Below, one piece after another: positions 1-9,040 of a stretch of DNA of 64,000 bases (positions within the stretch are counted from its first letter, which is position 1; each line of letters opens with the position of its first letter). The position numbers were made by a program, and so were the translations under genes. The DNA is from an uncultured Microbacterium sp. GTDB lineage: Bacteria; Actinomycetota; Actinomycetes; Actinomycetales; Microbacteriaceae. The DNA is taken from positions 20,751-84,750 of the forward strand of contig NZ_CAXTJR010000011.1 of NCBI RefSeq assembly GCF_964244775.1. The letters run 5' to 3'. Under the pieces are notes generated by a model, which saw only the letters and a program-made list of their open reading frames with translations, was not told the DNA's origin and ran no database searches.

Positions 1-820
1 CCGGCAGCCACTCGAGGTACTCCGCCGTGCCCTCGCCGGTGAAGATCGCCGGCAGCGGCGACGGCACCCACGCCGACTCGAGGTTCGCCGACGAGTACGC
101 CTTCGAACCGACGAGAACGAGCCCGAACTCCTCGCCCGCGGCGATCAAGGCGTCCCGCACCTGCTCGCCCTCGGCCCACGGGCCGAACAGCTCGAAGCCG
201 GGCTGCCCGGCCATTCCGTGGCGGAGGGAACGCACCTCGAGGCCATCGATCGTGAAGGCGGCCATGTGGAAGAACTTCGTCGGCGGCACCGGCGCCCCGG
301 TGACCTTCTCCATGAGCGCGAGCGCCCGCGGTCCCTGGATCTCGTAGCGGTATAGGGTGGGGCTCTGCCCGGCCGCCCGCATGAGCGAGTTCGCGTCGCG
401 CTCGAACGTGACGTCGTAGTCACCGGTCTCGCCGATGAACTGCACCCAGTCGAGCACCATGAACCAGCCGACGAGGTCGAACGAGTCCTCTCCGAGATGG
501 AACAGGATCGCATCGCCGATCAGGTAGCCCTCGTGGTTGACGGCGATGAACTGCTTGGCCCGGTCGACCTCGAAGTTCGCGAACGAGTTCACCCCGGTGT
601 CCGAGAGCAAGCGGAGCGCATCGGGTCCGGAGATGAACAGGTCAGTCATGTGGTGCGACTGATCCAGCAGCGCGACCGAGTTGCGCCACGACAGCTGCTC
701 GGAGCGCCAGTTCGTGAACTCGGGCGTGACCGGGAAGATGGTCGGACGAGACTGCGCGTTGCGCAGCACCTCGACGGCGCTTCCCGCACGGGCGATGGCC
801 TGGGCAGCAGACTCTGTCAT
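1..820 (-). CDS. THF-dependent aryl O-demethylase, LigM/DesA-like (aminomethyltransferase fold); N-terminal part only, gene runs off the window edge
   Basis: The reverse frame is open to position 1 and is absent from the ORF track because it has no stop in the window. ATG is at 820 (cat 818-820). My translation MTESAAQAIARAGSAVEVLRNAQSRPTIFPVTPEFTNWRSEQLSWRNSVALLDQSHHM... is colinear with the two full-length paralogs at 885-2285 and 25650-27062. Confidence 0.75.
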   Translation of the reverse strand, partial: MTESAAQAIARAGSAVEVLRNAQSRPTIFPVTPEFTNWRSEQLSWRNSVALLDQSHHMTDLFISGPDALRLLSDTGVNSFANFEVDRAKQFIAVNHEGYLIGDAILFHLGEDSFDLVGWFMVLDWVQFIGETGDYDVTFERDANSLMRAAGQSPTLYRYEIQGPRALALMEKVTGAPVPPTKFFHMAAFTIDGLEVRSLRHGMAGQPGFELFGPWAEGEQVRDALIAAGEEFGLVLVGSKAYSSANLESAWVPSPLPAIFTGEGTAEYLEWLP

Positions 821-839
821 GCGAACTCCTTTTTCAGTT

Positions 840-865
840 GATGCGGATGCCGAGGCATCCGCATC
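840..865 (-). promoter_or_regulatory. Perfect 12-bp inverted repeat (GATGCGGATGCC ga GGCATCCGCATC) between two ligM-like genes; intercistronic stem-loop
   Basis: Read directly from the sequence. It lies in the 64-nt gap between the stop at 885 and the start at 820. No U-tract follows on the transcribed (minus) strand, so a processing or stability element is more likely than a terminator. Confidence 0.4.
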
Positions 866-884
866 CCGCTCACTTCAGGGGGTG

Positions 885-2471
<1,587 letters not shown>

Positions 2472-2498
2472 TCACGACGGCGCAGACAGGAGACTTCC

Positions 2499-3269
2499 TT
2501 GGCCGACACGCCCCCTTCCCTCTTGGTGGTGAGCGCGCACGCCGGTGATTTCGTGTGGCGCGCAGGCGGGGCGATCGCGGCGGCGACCCTGCGGGGCGAG
2601 CGGGCCACTGTGGTGTGCGTGTCGTACGGCGAGCGCGGCGAGTCGGCCTCGCAGTGGCTGGCGGGCAAGTCGCTCGATGAGATCAAGGCGATCCGTCGCG
2701 ATGAGGCCACGGCTGCAGCATCCGCTCTCGGTGCCGACATCGAATTCCTGGATGCCGGTGACTACCCGCTGCTCGAATCGACCGAGACCGTATCGGCGCT
2801 CGTGGACGTCTACCGCCGCACCCAGCCGACCGTGGTGCTGACCCACCCGCTCGCCGACCCGTACAACGGCGATCACCCGGCCGCCGCGCGGATGGCGCTG
2901 CAGGCACGCGTGCTCGCGCAGGCGATCGGGGTGGCGAACTCCGACGGGTCGTATCCGAAGGTCGATGAGATCATCGGGGCGCCCCCGGTTTTCTTCTTCG
3001 AGCCGCACCAGCCCGAGCAGTCCGACTTCAAGCCGAACGTGCTGCTGGACATCACCGCCGCGTTCGCGCTCAAGCAGAAGGCCATGGAGTGCCTGCCCGC
3101 CCAGAAGCACATGTGGGAGTACTACACCTCTCTCGCGATCCGTCGCGGCGTGCAGGTCAAGCGCAACGCCGGCCCCAACCTCGGCCTCCCGCCCGCAACG
3201 GACGGGTCGCCCACCATGGGCGAGGCGTACCAGCGGTACTACCCGCAGGTCACGGACGTGCTCGCGTGA
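2499..3269 (+). CDS. galB: 4-oxalomesaconate hydratase, GalB-type (PIG-L/LmbE-like zinc hydrolase fold)
   Basis: This is the C-terminal part of the spurious long ORF 681..3269. TTG is at 2499, 5 nt after AGGAGA (2488-2493). The N-terminus LLVVSAHAGDFVWRAGG is an LmbE/PIG-L-type motif. The gene is coupled to galC-like and galD-like genes. Confidence 0.65.
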   Translation: MADTPPSLLVVSAHAGDFVWRAGGAIAAATLRGERATVVCVSYGERGESASQWLAGKSLDEIKAIRRDEATAAASALGADIEFLDAGDYPLLESTETVSALVDVYRRTQPTVVLTHPLADPYNGDHPAAARMALQARVLAQAIGVANSDGSYPKVDEIIGAPPVFFFEPHQPEQSDFKPNVLLDITAAFALKQKAMECLPAQKHMWEYYTSLAIRRGVQVKRNAGPNLGLPPATDGSPTMGEAYQRYYPQVTDVLA

Positions 3270-3979
3270 CCCGCTTCCCGGTCGCCCACGTGGTCGTCAC
3301 CGACATCGCGCGGGCAGACCCCGCCATTGTCGACGCGCTCGCCCAGTACGGCTCGGCGACGGTGCACGAGGCGATGGGCCGGATCGGATACGCAGGCCCC
3401 CGCATCCGGCCGATCCAGCAGGATGCCGCCATCTCAGGCAGCGCGATCACCGTGCGGGTCGCGCCCGGTGACAACCTCATGGTCCACGCGGCGATCGAGC
3501 AGGCGCAGTCCGGCGATGTGATCGTCGTCGTGCCGGTCACGGATGCGCCGTTCGGATTCATCGGCGAACTCATGGCCACCCAGATGCAGGTGCGCGGCGT
3601 CCGCGCCTACGTGACCTCGGGGGGCGTGCGCGACACGCAGGAATTGCGCCGAATGGGGTTCCCGGTGTGGACCGCGCACGTCAGCGCGCAGGGGACGGTG
3701 AAAGACACCGCGGGATCCGTCAACATCTCCGTCGTGCTCGACGGCGTCGTCGTGCACCCCGGCGACATCGTGGTCGCCGACGATGACGGCGTCACGATCG
3801 TTCCGCGCGCCCTCGCGGCCGCGACCCTCGAGGCATCCCGCGCCCGCGCCGCCAAAGAGGCGGCAGGCCGCGCCCGCTACGCCGCCGGCGAGATCTCGAT
3901 GGACCTCAACGGCCTCCGGCCCGTCATCGCCGACCTCGGCGTGAGGTATATGTCACAGGCGGAATACGACGATGAGTGA
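3266..3979 (+). CDS. galC: 4-carboxy-4-hydroxy-2-oxoadipate aldolase / oxaloacetate decarboxylase (RraA-like; GalC/LigK type)
   Basis: GTG at 3266 overlaps the upstream stop (GTGA). The 237-aa product is RraA-like (SATVHEAMGR..., GELMATQMQVRGVRAYVTSGGVRD, DDDGVTIVP). Confidence 0.8.
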   Translation: MTRFPVAHVVVTDIARADPAIVDALAQYGSATVHEAMGRIGYAGPRIRPIQQDAAISGSAITVRVAPGDNLMVHAAIEQAQSGDVIVVVPVTDAPFGFIGELMATQMQVRGVRAYVTSGGVRDTQELRRMGFPVWTAHVSAQGTVKDTAGSVNISVVLDGVVVHPGDIVVADDDGVTIVPRALAAATLEASRARAAKEAAGRARYAAGEISMDLNGLRPVIADLGVRYMSQAEYDDE

Positions 3980-5093
3980 TCCGGTCCGTGACGGCATCCA
4001 CTGCATGATGCTCCGCGGCGGAACGTCGAAGGGCGCCTACTTCCTCGCAGAAGATGTGCCGGCCGACGCGGAGGAACGCGACGACCTCATGCTCCGCATC
4101 ATGGGCAGCCCCGATCCGGCGCAGATCGACGGACTCGGCGGCGCGCACCCCCTCACGAGCAAGGTCGCGATCGTGTCGCGATCGGCCGAGCCCGACGTCG
4201 ACATCGACTACCTGTTCCTGCAGATCGGCGTCGACCAGCCCACCGTGAGCGACGCGCAGACGTGCGGCAACCTCCTGGCGGGGGTCGGTCCGTTCGCGGT
4301 GGAACGCGGCCTCGTCACCGCGGGTGCGACGAGCACCACCGTGCGCATCCGGCTGATCAACACCGGCGACCTCGCGACCGAGACCTTCGCGACATCCGAC
4401 GGCCGGGTGGATTACGACGGGGGTGCGCGCATCGACGGCGTGCCCGGCACCGCAGGCGCGATCCACATCGAGCTCGCCGGTGGGGGGCGACTCCTCCCGA
4501 CCGGCAACGTCGTGGACGAACTCGACGGACACCGGGTCACACTCGTCGACAACGGGATGCCGGTGGCGCTGCTGCGCGCGGACGAGTTCGGCGTGAGCGG
4601 AGACGAGACTCCCGCCGACCTCGAAGAGCGTTCCGACCTCGCCGCGGCCGTCGAGCGTGTGCGGTTGCTGGCCGGCCCCCTCATGGGGCTGGGGGATGTC
4701 GCCGACGCCACGGTTCCGAAGATGTTCCTGCTCTCGCCCGCCCGCGCGGGTGGCGCGATCTCGACCCGCGCCTTCATCCCGGCTCGGGTGCACACGTCGA
4801 TCGGGGTGTTGATGGCGGCATCCGTGGCCGCAGGCATCCGTATCCCTGGAGCTGTCGGCAGCGACCTCGCCTCCGATGCCGGTCGCGATGCCGGTCGTGA
4901 TGCCGGTCGCGATGCCGGTCCGGTCGATATCGAGCATCCGAGCGGCACGTTCCCCGCCCGCGTCCGCGTCGTCCGACGCGACGACGGCACCTGGTCGGCC
5001 ACTTCGACCTCCCTCCGCACCGCCCGCAAGATCTTCGACGGCGTCGTGTTCCCGCGACCGCGCCGCCAGCCCTCAGAGAGGACCGCACGATGA
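3972..5093 (+). CDS. galD: 4-oxalomesaconate tautomerase (PrpF/GalD family)
   Basis: N-terminus MMLRGGTSKGAYF...MGSPDPAQIDGLGGAHPLTSKVAIV is typical of PrpF-family isomerases. The start overlaps the galC-like stop by 8 nt. Confidence 0.75.
   Translation: MSDPVRDGIHCMMLRGGTSKGAYFLAEDVPADAEERDDLMLRIMGSPDPAQIDGLGGAHPLTSKVAIVSRSAEPDVDIDYLFLQIGVDQPTVSDAQTCGNLLAGVGPFAVERGLVTAGATSTTVRIRLINTGDLATETFATSDGRVDYDGGARIDGVPGTAGAIHIELAGGGRLLPTGNVVDELDGHRVTLVDNGMPVALLRADEFGVSGDETPADLEERSDLAAAVERVRLLAGPLMGLGDVADATVPKMFLLSPARAGGAISTRAFIPARVHTSIGVLMAASVAAGIRIPGAVGSDLASDAGRDAGRDAGRDAGPVDIEHPSGTFPARVRVVRRDDGTWSATSTSLRTARKIFDGVVFPRPRRQPSERTAR
4875..4922 (+). repeat. In-frame 12-nt tandem repeat (gatgccggtcgc x4, 3 substitutions in total) encoding DAGRDAGRDAGRDAG inside the galD-like gene
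   Basis: Read directly: units start at 4875, 4887, 4899 and 4911. Confidence 0.95.
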
Positions 5094-6058
5094 CGGATTA
5101 CACCTCGTTCGATGTCGCCCACATCGGCAATATCGAACTGCTCACCCCCACGTTCGACAAGAGCCTCTGGTTCTTCCGGGATCTGCTGGCCATGCGCGTG
5201 GTCGCCGAAGACGGCGACTCGGTGTACCTGCGCACGTGGGACGAGTACCAGCGGTACACGATCAAGCTCACCGCCGCGGGCGCCGGCGGTGTGGGGCGCA
5301 CCACATTCCGCGCCTCCAGTCAGGAGGCCCTGGAGCGACGCGTCGCCGCGATCGACCGGTTCGGTCTCGGCGAGGGGTGGGTCGATGGCGAGCAGGGCAC
5401 CGGCCCCACCTACGCCTTCCGCGACCCTGACGGGCACGCGATGGGCATTTACTACGAGACCGAGCGCTACGTCGCGACCGATGACAAGCCGGCGCTGAAG
5501 AACCAGGCGTCCGCCTTCCCCGGCCGCGGGGTCAACGCGAGGCGGCTCGACCACATCAACTACCTCGCCAAGGATGTGGTCGCCAACGGCGAGTTCATCG
5601 CTCAGGCGCTCGGCGGCCGCGAGAGCGAACGCATCAAGCTCGACACCGCCGAGGGCGAGCCGATCGGCTACGCCGCGTGGTGGTTCCACTTCAACAACAA
5701 GTCGTACGACGTCGTCTACTCCGACGACTGGACCAAGCACGGCGACCGCCTGCATCACATCGCCTTCGCGCCCGACACTCGGGAAGACATCCTCAAGGCC
5801 GCCGACATCTTCCTCGAGAACGGGATCTACATCGAATCGGGCCCGCACAAGCATGCGATCAATCAGACCTTCTTCCTCTACGTGTGGGAGCCGGGCGGCA
5901 ACCGCATCGAATTCGCCAACGCCGGCGCCCGCCTGCTGCTCGATCCCGATCAGCCCGTCGTGGAGTGGACCGCCGAGGAACGCAAGAAGGGCCAGGCGTG
6001 GGGCATGAAGACGATCGAGAGCTTCCACACCCACGGAACCCCGGTGGTGGCGCAATGA
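5090..6058 (+). CDS. Type I (VOC-fold, two-domain) extradiol ring-cleavage dioxygenase
   Basis: 322 aa. There is an ATGA overlap with the galD-like stop. Metal-ligand context is typical of catechol 2,3-dioxygenase-like enzymes (LDHINY, LHHIAF, YVWEPGGNRIEF). Confidence 0.8.
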   Translation: MTDYTSFDVAHIGNIELLTPTFDKSLWFFRDLLAMRVVAEDGDSVYLRTWDEYQRYTIKLTAAGAGGVGRTTFRASSQEALERRVAAIDRFGLGEGWVDGEQGTGPTYAFRDPDGHAMGIYYETERYVATDDKPALKNQASAFPGRGVNARRLDHINYLAKDVVANGEFIAQALGGRESERIKLDTAEGEPIGYAAWWFHFNNKSYDVVYSDDWTKHGDRLHHIAFAPDTREDILKAADIFLENGIYIESGPHKHAINQTFFLYVWEPGGNRIEFANAGARLLLDPDQPVVEWTAEERKKGQAWGMKTIESFHTHGTPVVAQ

Positions 6059-6094
6059 GCTCCGCAGACGAGGCGCTCCCCGGCAGCAGAACGG

Positions 6095-6125
6095 GTTTAC
6101 AAGTAAACACACCTGGACGTACACT
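6095..6125 (+). promoter_or_regulatory. Perfect 14-bp palindrome GTTTACAAGTAAAC overlapping a candidate promoter TTTACA-N18-TACACT upstream of the aldehyde dehydrogenase gene
   Basis: The palindrome is at 6095-6108 and the identical 14-mer recurs at 23022-23035. The -35-like hexamer is at 6096-6101 and the -10-like TACACT at 6120-6125. It lies in the 145-nt gap between the dioxygenase and ALDH genes. Confidence 0.45.
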
Positions 6126-6203
6126 CGTGACGGGTGCGCAGTCGCTCCCGTCGCGCGGATGCCCGAAGCAATCAGTGCAAACACAGAGAGGTGCTTGATC
6201 TTC

Positions 6204-7691
6204 ATGAGTGGAACGTTGGAGTCGGTCCGTACCGGACTGTACATCGGAGGCGAGGAGCGCTTCACGGACGCCACCCTCGAGGTCGTCGACCCGGGCAAGC
6301 CAGGCGTCATCGTCGGGCACGCCGCAGCCGCGAGCGCGCAGGACGTCGACGACGCGATCGCCGCCGCGAAGGGTGCTTATCCGGCATGGTCGGCCCTTTC
6401 CGCGACCGAGCGCGCGGCGAAGATGACCGAGGCGATCGCCGGCATCGCCGATGACCGCGATGAGGATGCCGCGATCCTGTCGCAGGAGAACGGCAAGATC
6501 CGCTTCGAGTCGTGGATCGACGCCCTGGTGTTCGAGATCCGCTGGAACCTCGCGCTGATGATCGCCGACGAGGTCGACACGGGCAAGGTCCTCCCTGTCG
6601 CCCCCGGTATCCCCGTCGAGACGACGGTCACCTACCAGTCGCTGGGCGTGGTCACCGTGATCGTGCCCTTCAACTGGCCGATCGCGATCCTCGGCGCCGC
6701 CCTCCCGCACGCCCTGCTCGCGGGCAACACGGCGATCGTCAAGCCACCGCCGTCGGCGCCGCTGGCCACCACCCGGTTCGTGCAGCGCCTCGCCGCGAAG
6801 CTGCCCGCCGGCGTGCTCAACGTCGTCACGGGCAAGGACGCCGACATGGCGGCCCTGATCTCGAGCGACGACATCGCGAAGGTCTGCTTCACCGGTTCGG
6901 TGGGCGGCGGCAAGCGCATCATGGAGATGGCGTCGAAGTCGCTGACCCGCGTCACCCTGGAGCTCGGCGGCAACGACGCGGCGATCCTCCTCGAAGACGC
7001 GATCCTCGACGACGTGCACCTCGACCGCCTTTTCGCCGCCGTGTTCGACAGCACGGGGCAGATCTGCATGAATGCGAAGCGGCTGTACGTGCACCGCTCG
7101 CGCCTCGACGAGGTGGTCGACGGTATCGCCGCGCGCCTGCAGAAGACCGTGATCGGCTACGGCCTCGACGAGGGCACGACGATGGGCCCCCTGCACTCGC
7201 CCGTGCAGAAGGCGTTCGTCGCCGACATCATCCAGGAGGCGAAGGATGCCGGTGCCGACGTCCGCGAGTACGGCGAGCTGCCGGGTGGCGACCTGGCGGG
7301 CGGAAACTTCCTGCGCCCCGCGATCGTGGTCGACCCCGACCCGTCGCTGCGCGTGGTCACGCAGGAGCAGTTCGGTCCCGTCATCCCGATCATCCCCTTC
7401 GACACCGAGGACGAGGCGATTGCGGCCGCCAACGACACGTGGGCGGGTCTCGGCGGGTCGGTCTGGACGGCGGACGTGGATGCTGCCAACCGCGTCGGCG
7501 GCAAGCTCGAGTGCGGGTATGTCTGGGTCAACGACCACGGAGCCACCCGCCTCGACCTGCGCGCGCCGTTCGGCGGGATGAAGCAGTCGGGCTTCGGACG
7601 CGAGCAGGGGATCGAAGGCATCCGCGCGTTCCAGGACACGCGCTCCATCGCCCACATCGACGCGGCGGCACTGGCCGCGCAGGCGCACTGA
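6204..7691 (+). CDS. NAD(P)+-dependent aldehyde dehydrogenase (ALDH superfamily)
   Basis: ORF trimmed to ATG 6204 (MSGTLESVRTGLYIGG). The catalytic context is ELGGND and STGQICMNAKR. Confidence 0.85.
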   Translation: MSGTLESVRTGLYIGGEERFTDATLEVVDPGKPGVIVGHAAAASAQDVDDAIAAAKGAYPAWSALSATERAAKMTEAIAGIADDRDEDAAILSQENGKIRFESWIDALVFEIRWNLALMIADEVDTGKVLPVAPGIPVETTVTYQSLGVVTVIVPFNWPIAILGAALPHALLAGNTAIVKPPPSAPLATTRFVQRLAAKLPAGVLNVVTGKDADMAALISSDDIAKVCFTGSVGGGKRIMEMASKSLTRVTLELGGNDAAILLEDAILDDVHLDRLFAAVFDSTGQICMNAKRLYVHRSRLDEVVDGIAARLQKTVIGYGLDEGTTMGPLHSPVQKAFVADIIQEAKDAGADVREYGELPGGDLAGGNFLRPAIVVDPDPSLRVVTQEQFGPVIPIIPFDTEDEAIAAANDTWAGLGGSVWTADVDAANRVGGKLECGYVWVNDHGATRLDLRAPFGGMKQSGFGREQGIEGIRAFQDTRSIAHIDAAALAAQAH

Positions 7692-7707
7692 CGATCCCCG
7701 TCGTCAT

Positions 7708-7776
7708 CCGAGAAACCACATCCCGGTCGAGACATCACGCATTGCGTGGTGTCTCGGCACGGATGTGGTTTCTCGG
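7708..7776. repeat. 69-bp near-perfect palindrome (16-bp outer arms CCGAGAAACCACATCC/GGATGTGGTTTCTCGG plus 14-bp inner arms) between the ALDH and MFS genes
   Basis: Read directly. Outer arms are 7708-7723 and 7761-7776. Inner arms are 7728-7741 and 7743-7756, with one G.T position. No T-tract follows. Confidence 0.9.
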
Positions 7777-7800
7777 CGTGCGCCATGCGGGAGCGAGCCG

Positions 7801-9024
7801 ATGAATGCGCCGACGCCGACAGCATCCCGCTGGCTTCTCGGCGTCGCGGTGCTGCTCATCGCGCTCAACCTGCGCCCCACGATCACCGGAGTCGGACCGC
7901 TGCTCTCGCAGATCTCGGCGACGCTCGGCACGACCGAAGCGGCGCTGGGTGCACTGGCCGCCGTCCCGCTGATCGCTTTCGCGGTCGTCTCGCCCCTCGC
8001 TCACGGGCTGAGCGCCCGGTTCGGCATCCCCCGCACCGTGCTGTGGTCGCTGCTCTTGCTCGGCGTCGGCACGGTCGTGCGCTCTCTTCCGGGTTTCGCG
8101 GCGAACCTGTGGGTGGGTACCGCGCTGATCGGAGCATCCATCGCCATCGTGAACGTCCTCATGCCGGCCGTGATCAAGCGCGATTTCGCCGACCGGGTGC
8201 CGGCGATGACAGCCGTCTTCACCGCGTGCCTGTCGGGGATGGGCGCCGTGGCCTCGGGCGTGGTCGTGCCGATCTCGCTCATCGAGGTGAACGGAGCGGC
8301 GCTCGGCTGGCAGGTGGCGCTGGTGTGGACCGGAGCCCTGCTCCCCTTCGCCCTCGGCGCATGGGTCGCCTCGATGCGCCGGCAGCCGCGGCACGAGAAG
8401 CCGACCGAGCGCTCCGGTGCCACCGGCATCTGGCGCGACCGGCTCGCGTGGCAGGTCCTTCTCTACATGGGACTGCAGTCGATGACCTTCTACATGCTGG
8501 TCACCTGGTTGGCCCCCATCGCGCAGTCGCTCGGGCGCAGTGAGGTCGTCGCCGGCATCGACGTCATGATCTACCAGCTGTTCTGCTTCGGCGGCTCGCT
8601 CATCGTGCCGCTGATCCTTCGCGGGCGATTCCGTCGATTCGCGGCGGCCTTCGTCCCCGCGGTCACACTCATCGGCATTGCGGGGCTCATCGCGCTTCCC
8701 GAGCTCTTCACGCTGTGGGCGGTGCTCTGCGGAATCGGATGCGGTGCGGCGCTGGGCATGGCACTGAGCCTGTTCAGCCTTCGCGCGCGCACGCACCACG
8801 CCGCCGGCGCCCTCTCCGGCATGGCGCAGTCCGGCGGGTATCTCATCGCCGCCACCGGTCCGATCCTCTTCGGCGCGCTCGTGACCTGGAGCGGCGGATG
8901 GCTCGCCTCGCTGATCCTGGTCGCGCTGGTGCTCATCGGGCAGCTCGTGACCGGGCTGTTCGTCGGGCGCGACCGGTTCGTGCTGGAGCGGGCGTACTCG
9001 TCGCCGCCCGCCCGTCGGCCGTGA
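7801..9024 (+). CDS. MFS transporter (CynX/YeaN-like family)
   Basis: ATG is at 7801 (MNAPTPTASRWLLGVAVLLIALNLRP...). About 12 hydrophobic segments are visible in the translation. Confidence 0.8.
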   Translation: MNAPTPTASRWLLGVAVLLIALNLRPTITGVGPLLSQISATLGTTEAALGALAAVPLIAFAVVSPLAHGLSARFGIPRTVLWSLLLLGVGTVVRSLPGFAANLWVGTALIGASIAIVNVLMPAVIKRDFADRVPAMTAVFTACLSGMGAVASGVVVPISLIEVNGAALGWQVALVWTGALLPFALGAWVASMRRQPRHEKPTERSGATGIWRDRLAWQVLLYMGLQSMTFYMLVTWLAPIAQSLGRSEVVAGIDVMIYQLFCFGGSLIVPLILRGRFRRFAAAFVPAVTLIGIAGLIALPELFTLWAVLCGIGCGAALGMALSLFSLRARTHHAAGALSGMAQSGGYLIAATGPILFGALVTWSGGWLASLILVALVLIGQLVTGLFVGRDRFVLERAYSSPPARRP

Positions 9025-9040
9025 GCCGCACGGCGCGACG

